This document shows positions 17,706 through 26,099 of a DNA stretch of 64,000 nt, one piece after another. Source of the stretch: Clostridia bacterium (GTDB taxonomy: Bacteria > Bacillota > Clostridia > Christensenellales > UBA1242); the NCBI GenBank assembly GCA_017623705.1, contig JAGAOQ010000014.1, forward strand, positions 383 to 64,382, in the 5' to 3' direction. The notes under the pieces are model-generated. The model was not told the origin of the DNA, ran no database searches, and saw nothing but the letters and a program-made list of their open reading frames with translations. Positions within the stretch are counted from its first letter, which is position 1; each line of letters begins with the position of its first letter. The translations under genes and the position numbers were made by a program.

Positions 17706-19067
17706 TTAACGTAATTCGCCAACGGCACGAGGGTGTAATTGTGTGTCACGAATATTTGTAATACCAGTTAAATACATCAGCATACGCTCAAAACCTAAAC
17801 CAAAGCCACTGTGCGGTACAGAACCATACTTACGTAAATCTAAATAATTGTGATAATTATCAACCTTCATGGAACGAGCTTGCATAGCGGCAACCAGCTT
17901 GTCATAGTCAGCTTCACGTTCACTACCGCCGATAATTTCACCAACCCCTGGAATCAACAAATCTGTCGCTGCCACGGTTTTTCCATCTTCATTTTGCTTC
18001 ATGTAAAAAGCCTTAACATCACGTGGATAATTAACAACGAAGACTGGTTTCTTGAAGTATTCATCAGTTAAATAACGTTCATGTTCAGTTTGTAAATCAA
18101 CACCCCAGCTTACTGGATACTTAAATTCCTTACCCGATTTTTGTAAAATTTCGATTGCTTCGGTATAGTCGACTTCGGCAAAAGCGTTGTCCGCCACTTC
18201 TTGTAATTTTGCAACTAAACCCTTTTCGTAGAAATTATCAAAGAAAGCCATTTCATCAGGACAAGTTGCCAAAACTTCACGAATAATTGATTTAATCATA
18301 TCACGAGCGACATCAATAATGCCGTCGAGTTTAGTAAACGCAGCTTCGGCTTCCACCATCCAGAACTCAGCAACGTGGCGTGTTGTGTTAGAATTTTCCG
18401 CACGGAATGTTGGGCCGAAGGTATAAACACGTCCCAAAGCCATGGCAACTTCTTCGGCTTCTAATTGCCCCGAAACAGTTAAACTTGCGGGTGCCCCAAA
18501 GAAATCACCTTGGTAATCAGGAGCAACCACTTGGAATGATTCACCTGCCCCTTCCGCATCGCCACCTGTAATCAACGGCGTATGCACGTAGAAGTAACCA
18601 CGTTCTTGAAAGAAATGATGAATTGCCATGGATAAAGCATTACGCACACGCATCATTGCCATAAACGTATTCGTACGGATACGTAAGTGCGGAATCGTAC
18701 GTAAAAAATCTAAACTGGTTTTTTTCTTTTGAATTGGATAATCCGCAGCACAATCGCCAATAATGGTAATTTTTTCTGCATTGATTTCTGCATCATTTAC
18801 ATTATGATAAGCCGAAACCACCACACCACTCACAATAACAGCAACGCCCAAGTGCATGACATGATTCAACGTATCTTGACTAATCTTAGCATTTTCTTCT
18901 TTTTGAATTACGATTTGCAATGGCTTAAAACTGCTACCATCATTAAGTTCTAAAAAAGACGTAGTTTTGGATTCACGGAAATTTTTAACCCAACCTGCAA
19001 CTTGCACTGTCTTACCAATGTAATAATCTTTCTTGTCTTTTAAGTTTTGAATTGTAATCTCTATCAT
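17706..19067 (-). CDS. asnS: asparagine--tRNA ligase
   Basis: TFGPTFRAENSNTTRHVAEFWMVEAE and GFGLGFERM are AsnRS signatures. Confidence 0.9.
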   Translation of the reverse strand: MIEITIQNLKDKKDYYIGKTVQVAGWVKNFRESKTTSFLELNDGSSFKPLQIVIQKEENAKISQDTLNHVMHLGVAVIVSGVVVSAYHNVNDAEINAEKITIIGDCAADYPIQKKKTSLDFLRTIPHLRIRTNTFMAMMRVRNALSMAIHHFFQERGYFYVHTPLITGGDAEGAGESFQVVAPDYQGDFFGAPASLTVSGQLEAEEVAMALGRVYTFGPTFRAENSNTTRHVAEFWMVEAEAAFTKLDGIIDVARDMIKSIIREVLATCPDEMAFFDNFYEKGLVAKLQEVADNAFAEVDYTEAIEILQKSGKEFKYPVSWGVDLQTEHERYLTDEYFKKPVFVVNYPRDVKAFYMKQNEDGKTVAATDLLIPGVGEIIGGSEREADYDKLVAAMQARSMKVDNYHNYLDLRKYGSVPHSGFGLGFERMLMYLTGITNIRDTQLHPRAVGELR

Positions 19068-19074
19068 GAGAATT

Positions 19075-19103
19075 ATTGTAACCTATAATTTAAGATTTGA
19101 CAA
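19075..19103 (-). promoter_or_regulatory. sigma-A-type promoter, leaderless configuration (asnS)
   Basis: TTGTCA-N17-TACAAT, then 7 nt to the ATG at 19067. No SD. Confidence 0.6.
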
Positions 19104-19143
19104 ACTCCAATCTATCGGTTATTATAATAGAGTTGACGTGCAA

Positions 19144-19218
19144 GCTCTGGTAGCTCAGCGGCAGAGCAATCGGCTGTTAACCGATCGGTCGTAGGTTCGA
19201 ACCCTACCCAGAGCGCCA
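19144..19218 (+). tRNA. tRNA-Asn (anticodon GUU)
   Basis: GCTCTGGTAGCTCAGCGG..ATCGGCTGTTAACCGAT..GGTTCGAACCC..CCAGAGCGCCA. Confidence 0.9.
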
Positions 19219-19225
19219 ACAAAAA

Positions 19226-19253
19226 AGTGTCGTAATTATGCGACACTTTTTTT
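19226..19253 (+). terminator. rho-independent terminator after tRNA-Asn
   Basis: agtgtcg-taattatg-cgacact followed by tttttt. Confidence 0.8.
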
Positions 19254-19276
19254 ATGTTTTGATTTTAATGAATTAT

Positions 19277-19795
19277 TTATTCATCAAGTTCATCTTCATC
19301 GTCTTCTTCGTCGTCGTCATCTTCGATGCCTAATTCAGCTTTTAATTCGTCATCATCGTCGAGGTCGTCCAATGCGTCATCAATTTCATCATCAATTTCG
19401 TCATCAGCTAAACCGTCTTCCCCGATACCCGCAACGTTCAACAACTCCAAGTCATCGTCATCGACAGGTGTTAAATCGTCATCATCAACGGTATCATCGT
19501 TAACGTTTTCTTCATCGTCATCATCTTTGGCTGCCCCACGGTTATCCCCGTAAATTTCCGAAATTTCTTCATCACTTAAATCTGTTTCCGCATAACAGGT
19601 TGAACACACTGTTTCGTCATCAGTGATGTAATTGATTTTACAAATCGGGCATAAACCCAACTCAGCAACATTACCAGCATCTAATAAATTGCTAGAAATG
19701 GCTTTCATTTTTTGTTTACAACTGGCACAAATTTTTTCTTTTTTAGTGCAATAATTCAAATCGCACTTTGGACATTTAATGTATGCTTCTCCCAT
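19277..19795 (-). CDS. double zinc-ribbon protein with extremely acidic D/E-rich C-terminal tail
   Basis: MGEAYIKCPKCDLNY..CASC and CPICKINY..CSTC, followed by about 100 aa that are mostly D/E. Start placed at the ATG at 19795. Confidence 0.65.
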   Translation of the reverse strand: MGEAYIKCPKCDLNYCTKKEKICASCKQKMKAISSNLLDAGNVAELGLCPICKINYITDDETVCSTCYAETDLSDEEISEIYGDNRGAAKDDDDEENVNDDTVDDDDLTPVDDDDLELLNVAGIGEDGLADDEIDDEIDDALDDLDDDDELKAELGIEDDDDEEDDEDELDE

Positions 19796-19958
19796 AATCG
19801 TACATATATATATTCCCATTTAATAATTATGTCAACAACTATTCATGAGTTAATGTATAAAAATGTATAATGACTCTGCTTGCCTTCTTCGTCTTTATTC
19901 GACAAAATTATATTTATTACGTCGTAAATCGACAGAAAAAATGGGGGAAGATAATTTC

Positions 19959-20471
19959 ATGAACGAAATCAATGGTTTTACAAAAGTCGAATCAGCAATA
20001 GCAATGCTATCACGTGAAGATTTACAAAAAGTGCTACTGACAATGGTGCAATCACCAGAATTGCAATCGTCAGCAGTTCTTAACGAATTCTTTAAGAATT
20101 CTAATTCCGACGAAGGACATTCACTCGATAGACAAATCTCGAAAATTTTTGTGTCAATCGGTATCCCGCCACACATTAAGGGTTATCAATATTTGCGGAC
20201 AGCAATTAAAACTTGCGTCAAGGACACAAGTATTATTTCATCAATCACCAAACGCCTCTACCCTGACGTAGCGAAAGAATACGATTCAACGCCAAGCAAA
20301 GTTGAACGTGCAATTCGCCATGCGATTGAGGTTTGCTGGAACCGTGGCAAAATTGACAGCATTAACAACATTTTCGGCAGTCAAGTTTTCACCAAAAACG
20401 ACCGACCAACTAACGGCGAATTCATCGCCTTGTTAGCCGATAAATTATTACTCGATGATTGTCATGAATAA
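19959..20471 (+). CDS. stand-alone Spo0A C-terminal (DNA-binding) domain protein, no receiver domain
   Basis: IGIPPHIKGYQYLRTAIK..ITKRLYPDVAKEY..SKVERAIRHAIEVCWNRG..PTNGEFIALLADKL is near-identical in pattern to the Spo0A effector domain. Start chosen at the ATG at 19959 behind GGGGGAAG. Confidence 0.8.
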   Translation: MNEINGFTKVESAIAMLSREDLQKVLLTMVQSPELQSSAVLNEFFKNSNSDEGHSLDRQISKIFVSIGIPPHIKGYQYLRTAIKTCVKDTSIISSITKRLYPDVAKEYDSTPSKVERAIRHAIEVCWNRGKIDSINNIFGSQVFTKNDRPTNGEFIALLADKLLLDDCHE

Positions 20472-20475
20472 TTGC

Positions 20476-22077
20476 TTATAACTCAAATTCGCTTTGTGTT
20501 GGCAAAAGTTTAGCAACCGCAGCCACAAACCCTTGGAACAATGGGTGTGGGTGTTGTGGACGTGAAATAAATTCTGGTTGGAATTGGCAAGCAATGAAAT
20601 ATGGGTGGTTTGGTAATTCCACAATTTCCACTAAATCTGCTTGTTGATTAACACCACTCACAACCAAACCAGCTTGTTCAATTTGATTACGGTAAGCATT
20701 GTTAAATTCATAGAAATGATGATGACGTTCTTGCGTCGTCTTTTTGCCGTATAATTTGGCTGTCATAGTTCCATTTTGTAAAGCACAGTCGTACAAGCCA
20801 GCACGTTTTGTGTTGTCATGTGAATGAATAACTGGATTTTTTACCTTTGCATCAACTTCGGTCGTGTTAGCATCTTTAATACCACAAACATGACGTGCAA
20901 AATCAATCACCGCCGCTTGCATACCAAAGCCCATACCCAAGAACGGAATTTGATTTTCACGTACGTATTTAACAGTAGCAATTTTGCCTTCAAGACCACG
21001 ACTACCGAAACCACCGGGCACAATCACGCCATGCACACCTTGTAACCATGCCGCTGCACCATCACGTTCGATATTTTCCGCTTGAACAAGTTTAACATTT
21101 ACTCGTACATCATTAACAATTCCCGCATGTTTCAAAGCTTCGGTAACACTAATGTACGCATCAGCAACTTCGGCATATTTACCAACAATCGCAATCGTAG
21201 CTTCGGGTAAACTATCATCACAAAGCTTATCAACCATAGCACTCCACGAACTTAAATCACATTGATTTAATTTCAAACCCAATTTCTTTAAGACAATCGT
21301 GTCAAAATTTTGTTTAGCAAACATCAACGGAACTTCGTAAATTGTACGGCAATCACGGTTATGAATTACATCTTCTTGATTATCCAAACCACAGAACATA
21401 GCAATCTTATCACGATGTTCTTGTGCTAAATCAACATCAGCAGTAGTACGACAAACCAACACATCAGCGAAAACACCTTGACGTTGTAAATCTTTAACGC
21501 TGTTTTGTGTCGGCTTGGTTTTGATTTCACCACTTGACGCAATGTAAGGAATTAAAGTTACGTGAACCGAAACGCTATTGTTAGCACCTAACTCACGGCG
21601 GAATTGACGAATAGCTTCAATGTAAACGGCTTGTTCCATGTCGCCAACAGTACCACCAATTTCAATGATAACAATATCTTGACCTTCGCCAATGGCACGC
21701 ATGAAGTCTTTAATTTCATTAGTTACGTGCGGCACGATTTGTACAGTGAGTCCACCATATCCACCACTACGTTCTTTGTCCAAAACACTAGTGTAGATTT
21801 GACCCGATGTAATGTCGGATTTATACGAACAGTTAATATCCAAGAAACGTTCATAGTGTCCAATATCCAAGTCAGTCGCTGCACCATCGTCAGTGATAAA
21901 AACTTCACCGTGTTCGTACGGACTCATGGTTGCTGGATCAACGTTCAAATACGGGTCAATTTTTTGAACAGATACTTTATATCCTCTTAACCTTAATAAT
22001 TTTCCTAAACTTGCTGCGGTAATTCCCTTTCCTAAACCGGAAACGACACCGCCCGTTACAAATATATATTTCGCCAT
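20476..22077 (-). CDS. pyrG: CTP synthase
   Basis: MAKYIFVTGGVVSGLGKGI.. and a GATase domain GFGSRG. Confidence 0.95.
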   Translation of the reverse strand: MAKYIFVTGGVVSGLGKGITAASLGKLLRLRGYKVSVQKIDPYLNVDPATMSPYEHGEVFITDDGAATDLDIGHYERFLDINCSYKSDITSGQIYTSVLDKERSGGYGGLTVQIVPHVTNEIKDFMRAIGEGQDIVIIEIGGTVGDMEQAVYIEAIRQFRRELGANNSVSVHVTLIPYIASSGEIKTKPTQNSVKDLQRQGVFADVLVCRTTADVDLAQEHRDKIAMFCGLDNQEDVIHNRDCRTIYEVPLMFAKQNFDTIVLKKLGLKLNQCDLSSWSAMVDKLCDDSLPEATIAIVGKYAEVADAYISVTEALKHAGIVNDVRVNVKLVQAENIERDGAAAWLQGVHGVIVPGGFGSRGLEGKIATVKYVRENQIPFLGMGFGMQAAVIDFARHVCGIKDANTTEVDAKVKNPVIHSHDNTKRAGLYDCALQNGTMTAKLYGKKTTQERHHHFYEFNNAYRNQIEQAGLVVSGVNQQADLVEIVELPNHPYFIACQFQPEFISRPQHPHPLFQGFVAAVAKLLPTQSEFEL

Positions 22078-22087
22078 AACGGAATTT

Positions 22088-22117
22088 AGTATAGAACGAA
22101 TTTTGTCGAAATGTCAA
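22088..22117 (-). promoter_or_regulatory. sigma-A-type promoter, near-leaderless (pyrG)
   Basis: TTGACA-N18-TATACT, then 10 nt to the ATG at 22077. No SD. Confidence 0.5.
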
Positions 22118-22152
22118 AGTTTTTTTATTTCTAAACTTTAATAATTATAGAT

Positions 22153-23637
22153 ATGAACAAAAAAATCAAACGACGAATAATTGCCATTGCCCTAGCGACA
22201 ATCTTAACCATTGCCATTATCAGCAGTGCTTTTGGCATCAGTCAATTATTATTAAAGAAAAATACTTCACCACAAGGACTGCAAGCTGTCGCACAAGATT
22301 ACGGAACAATCACACTGGACTGTCATTACAGTGAAACCAGCCATGCTTTGGCGGTCAACCAAACCACACACTACATCAACCACAGTACCCAAATTCTTTT
22401 CGATGTCAAATTCCATTTATACGCTAATGCTTTCCAAGCTAATGCTCAACACCCTGCCGTTGCCCCCAGTGAAGTTGAACGTGCTTACCCGAACGGCTTT
22501 GACGCTGGTTATGCCAAAGTTACCACCCCACACACCACACTTAACGGTAGCGATAACACAGTTGTAACTGTCCCGATTAAAAACGGGCTGAAACCGGGTG
22601 AAGCTCTGGATATTGACTTACAATACACAATCAAGCTTGCCAATGTGAAACATCGTTTAGGTTACACAGAACACACTGTTAATTTAGGTAATTTCTACGC
22701 CATTCCCGTTGTCTATGATAACGGTTGGCAAACTTATCCGTACAGTTACAACGGTGACCCCTTCTACAATGAGCCATATAATTTTGATGTAACTATTACA
22801 GCCCCCGAGGGATATTTGATTGCAACCAGCGGTACACCCGTAGGTAAAAACCATTACCAAGGTTATTTGCTTCGTGATTTTGCCATCGTCTTATCCCGTG
22901 ATTTCAAAACACTTGCTCGTAATGTCGGGGATACCACAGTAACTTATTATTACCTAAATGACGAAATCCCCGACGTCAGTCTTTACACCGCTTGCAATGC
23001 TTTGGCGTATTTTTCCAATACGTTTTATGACTACCCCTACGCAACGCTCAACGTGGTTCAAACCGACTTTCTACAAGGCGGAATGGAATACGGAGCTTTG
23101 GTATACATTGCTCTCGACGTAACCGACCAACTACAATACCAAAACGTCATCGTGCATGAAATTGCTCATCAATGGTGGTACGGCTTAGTCGGTAACAACC
23201 AAACACGAACAGCATGGATTGACGAAGGATTGGCCGAATACAGTACCGCCGTGTTTTTCGAAACGCACCCACAATATGGATTAACACTGGAAGGCATTGC
23301 CAACCAAAACAAAGCAAGCATTAAAATGTTTGAAGACATCATGGACGAATACAATGTCAGCTACACAAGAGCAATGTACGGCGATTTAATTTCTTACAAA
23401 ATGCCGACCGAATATACAATCAACACTTACGCACGTGGCATGCTGTTATTTTATGAAATTAGCGAAATGATTGGCTACAAAAATTTGAATCAAGCACTAG
23501 CTAAATTTGCGAGTGAAAATTGTTACAAGTTTGCCACAAGTTACCGACTAACACATGCTTTGGAAGACAATTTAGGGTACGATTTAGTGAATTTTATGAA
23601 CAATTATCTTGCAGGAAAACAGAACAACGTGCTATAA
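22153..23637 (+). CDS. M1 family zinc metallopeptidase with N-terminal membrane anchor
   Basis: HEIAHQWWYG..WIDEGLAEY (HExxH-X18-E). Confidence 0.8.
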   Translation: MNKKIKRRIIAIALATILTIAIISSAFGISQLLLKKNTSPQGLQAVAQDYGTITLDCHYSETSHALAVNQTTHYINHSTQILFDVKFHLYANAFQANAQHPAVAPSEVERAYPNGFDAGYAKVTTPHTTLNGSDNTVVTVPIKNGLKPGEALDIDLQYTIKLANVKHRLGYTEHTVNLGNFYAIPVVYDNGWQTYPYSYNGDPFYNEPYNFDVTITAPEGYLIATSGTPVGKNHYQGYLLRDFAIVLSRDFKTLARNVGDTTVTYYYLNDEIPDVSLYTACNALAYFSNTFYDYPYATLNVVQTDFLQGGMEYGALVYIALDVTDQLQYQNVIVHEIAHQWWYGLVGNNQTRTAWIDEGLAEYSTAVFFETHPQYGLTLEGIANQNKASIKMFEDIMDEYNVSYTRAMYGDLISYKMPTEYTINTYARGMLLFYEISEMIGYKNLNQALAKFASENCYKFATSYRLTHALEDNLGYDLVNFMNNYLAGKQNNVL

Positions 23638-23645
23638 TAAAAACG

Positions 23646-24923
23646 ATGAATTTGAAAACTTTTGACAAAGGCACACGCCTCTTAAAACAAGCAGATTTAG
23701 CAATTAACGGACAAACTTTACCACAAGGTAATACAAACGCTACCGTAATTGGAATTTTGGATTGCACTAACCACAGCAACCCAACAATCTTGCAAAATTT
23801 AACTTGCGGAATCCAACAAGCAGGCGGTTTACCATTAACCTTTAATTTAACAAATTTTACAACTTTGCAACGTCTTGCCCCTGCAACCGCAAAATTTGCG
23901 TCAAATTATGTAGACGTTATTGCTACGAATACCGCTGGGATTGCACGTACACAAATGCTCGACGGGATTGTCGCCATTGTCGACAACTGCGTCATGGGAT
24001 TAGGCGTTTTAATCGGTTGTACAAAAACCAACTGCCCTGTATTGTTAATGCCAACTGGGATTATCGAAAATTATAACGACACTATTTTAAGTGCCGCTGG
24101 TAAAATTGCTACTCGTGAAATTAAAGCAGGCGATATTGACCAAGTAGTGAATAACTACCAACACCAAAATGGCACACCAAAAAATGACACATTGACTTTG
24201 GACTTCTTCCGTTTAGCCGAAGCTTTTGAATTGATGTTACCTGGCACTACTACGACACCAACCAATTCTGGTGCATTAGTAAATTTAGCCAAAGAAACAG
24301 CAACCGCAATCTTACAAAGAGCAGATGACATCATCACGACCAAACGTTTAATTAGCAAACGTACCATCAAAGAAAAACTTGAACAATACCAAACTAATGG
24401 TGGCAGTGTTGCTGGCTTATTCATGTTCCAAAAAATCTTTGATTTGGTAGACTTGAAAGTTGCACCAAGCATGTACACAACCTTAAAAACGACTTTGGCT
24501 GACCAAGCTTATGTAGTTTCGGCAAACACTGCTCCGTTGACAATGGAAGGTCAAGCATGGGTCTACCAAAACATTGTTGATGCTATTACCGCACTATGCT
24601 CGAATGCGATTGACAGTGGCATCATTGTTTTACCAAGTTGTACCGGTACAGATGTTTCAATCGTTGCACACACCATTATGGCAATGCAAAAAGCAGATAG
24701 CATTGCAATTATGACGGACGGATTTTGTTCTGCAACACCTGTCTTAACCGTAGCTCACATTAGTCCAGATGGTTATGCCAACGAAGATTTTGCTAACGTT
24801 CAAAACGGCGACACCATTGAAATTGATGTAACCAAAGGACGCATCAATATCAATGTTAACAGTCGTGATATGAAATTACGTGCAAAACGTAATATTTTGA
24901 AAAAACATGAAATCTATTTCTAA
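23646..24923 (+). CDS. IlvD/Edd (dihydroxy-acid dehydratase) family homologue lacking catalytic/Fe-S motifs
   Basis: Colinear with IlvD: GIQQAGGLPLTFN, DNCVMGLGVL..NCPVLLMPTG, C-terminal GDTIEIDVTKGRININV. The NCDK lysine and the CGSCSGMFTAN cysteines are absent. Start at the ATG at 23646. Confidence 0.6.
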   Translation: MNLKTFDKGTRLLKQADLAINGQTLPQGNTNATVIGILDCTNHSNPTILQNLTCGIQQAGGLPLTFNLTNFTTLQRLAPATAKFASNYVDVIATNTAGIARTQMLDGIVAIVDNCVMGLGVLIGCTKTNCPVLLMPTGIIENYNDTILSAAGKIATREIKAGDIDQVVNNYQHQNGTPKNDTLTLDFFRLAEAFELMLPGTTTTPTNSGALVNLAKETATAILQRADDIITTKRLISKRTIKEKLEQYQTNGGSVAGLFMFQKIFDLVDLKVAPSMYTTLKTTLADQAYVVSANTAPLTMEGQAWVYQNIVDAITALCSNAIDSGIIVLPSCTGTDVSIVAHTIMAMQKADSIAIMTDGFCSATPVLTVAHISPDGYANEDFANVQNGDTIEIDVTKGRININVNSRDMKLRAKRNILKKHEIYF

Positions 24924-25671
24924 AAATAAACACTTGTGGCCAGCTTTTATCCGTGCCGTTGAGCAATACCATTTAATTGATGATGGCGACAAAATTGCTG
25001 TCTGTGTTTCTGGTGGAAAAGATAGTTTCGCTTTGGCATTATGTATGCAAGAATTGTGTCGCCAAAGCCGTCTTGCTAAACGCCAAAATTTTGACGTGAT
25101 TTTTTTGTGTATGGACCCTGGTTACACAACCAAAGACCGTGCCACCATTGAGAAAACTGCCCATGAACTAGGGATTCCCTTGGAATTTTTTCAAACACCA
25201 ATTTTCGATGTCGTAACCAAAGCGGGTGGTACGCCCTGCTACCTTTGTGCACGCATGCGTCGTGGCAACCTCTACTCCGCCGCACAAGAACGTGGTTGCA
25301 ACAAAATTGCATTAGCTCACCACATGGACGACATAGCCGAAACAGTGATGATGAATTTAATCCAAAATGCACAAGTAAAAACTATGCCCGTAAAAATTGC
25401 GAGCAAAAATTTCCCCGGCATGACTTTAATTCGCCCTTTTTGCTTAGAACGTGAACGTGATATTGCAAACTGGCGTGATGCGAATGAATTGCATTTTATC
25501 CACTGCGGTTGTCCGCTCGGTGAATGTGAAAATATGGGTAAACGCTACGAAACCAAACAATGGTTATCGCAAATAGAACAAAAGAATCCCGTCGCCATAC
25601 TTAACATCTACAAAGCACTAGACCGCCTCACCGCACCGACAAAAGCAGACCAAACCCCAACGAAAGCGTAA
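24907..25671 (+). CDS. ttcA: PP-loop ATPase, TtcA-like tRNA thiolation enzyme
   Basis: VCVSGGKDSFALA PP-loop, with Cys pairs CYLCARMRRG and HCGCPLGEC. Overlaps the upstream gene by 17 nt. Confidence 0.75.
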   Translation: MKSISKNKHLWPAFIRAVEQYHLIDDGDKIAVCVSGGKDSFALALCMQELCRQSRLAKRQNFDVIFLCMDPGYTTKDRATIEKTAHELGIPLEFFQTPIFDVVTKAGGTPCYLCARMRRGNLYSAAQERGCNKIALAHHMDDIAETVMMNLIQNAQVKTMPVKIASKNFPGMTLIRPFCLERERDIANWRDANELHFIHCGCPLGECENMGKRYETKQWLSQIEQKNPVAILNIYKALDRLTAPTKADQTPTKA

Positions 25672-25728
25672 AATATTTTATAATTTACAAATACAAACAA
25701 GTATGTTAAACTAATTAAAGTTTGACCT

Positions 25729-25804
25729 GCTGTTGTAGCACAGTCGGTAGTGCACCGCCTTGGTAAGGCGGAGGTCACGGGTTCAAGTCCCGTCAACAGC
25801 TCCA
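25729..25804 (+). tRNA. tRNA-Thr (anticodon GGU)
   Basis: GCTGTTGTAGCACAGTCGG..CCGCCTTGGTAAGGCGG..GGTTCAAGTCC..CAACAGCTCCA. Confidence 0.9.
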
Positions 25805-25836
25805 AAAAGCCCAAAAATCAAAGAAAAAATCAAAAA

Positions 25837-25865
25837 ACATGCAAAATCGCTTGCATGTTTTGTTT
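25837..25865 (+). terminator. rho-independent terminator after tRNA-Thr
   Basis: acatgcaa-aatcgc-ttgcatgt followed by a T-rich run. Confidence 0.7.
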
Positions 25866-25880
25866 AGTGCAGTTTATACT
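25851..25880 (+). promoter_or_regulatory. sigma-A-type promoter, leaderless configuration (small membrane ORF)
   Basis: TTGCAT-N18-TATACT, then 5 nt to the ATG at 25886. Confidence 0.45.
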
Positions 25881-25885
25881 GCCCC

Positions 25886-26098
25886 ATGGCACAAAGAGCT
25901 TATTTTGGTTTAGGATTCGTTCCTTCATTACTAATTTCATTGATTCCTGTTTTAGGTTGTATATTTGGTATTATTATTTGTTTCCAAAGAGAACAATACG
26001 GATTTGCCGTTTTACGAATTTTCTTTGGTTGGAACATTTTGTGGATTGTTGACATCATTTGTATGTGCGTACACAAAGATTTAGTTTGGTTAGCGTAA
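25886..26098 (+). CDS. small two-TM membrane protein (70 aa)
   Basis: Two hydrophobic helices and a dedicated promoter directly upstream. Confidence 0.5.
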   Translation: MAQRAYFGLGFVPSLLISLIPVLGCIFGIIICFQREQYGFAVLRIFFGWNILWIVDIICMCVHKDLVWLA

Positions 26099-26099
26099 A

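Noticed and set aside
16405-19143. Expected T-box leaders upstream of aspS, asnS and valS
   Set aside because: The intergenic regions are only 12-76 bp and are occupied by promoter elements directly abutting the start codons. There is no room for a T-box structure.
23520-23645. N-terminal 42 codons of the track ORF 23520-24923
   Set aside because: They overlap the end of the M1 peptidase gene in another frame. The IlvD-like homology begins after the ATG at 23646.
25608-26052. ORFs 25608-25814 (-) and 25750-26052 (+) overlapping tRNA-Thr
   Set aside because: They span the tRNA gene and its terminator, which makes protein coding implausible. The region is better explained by the tRNA, the terminator and the 70-aa membrane ORF.
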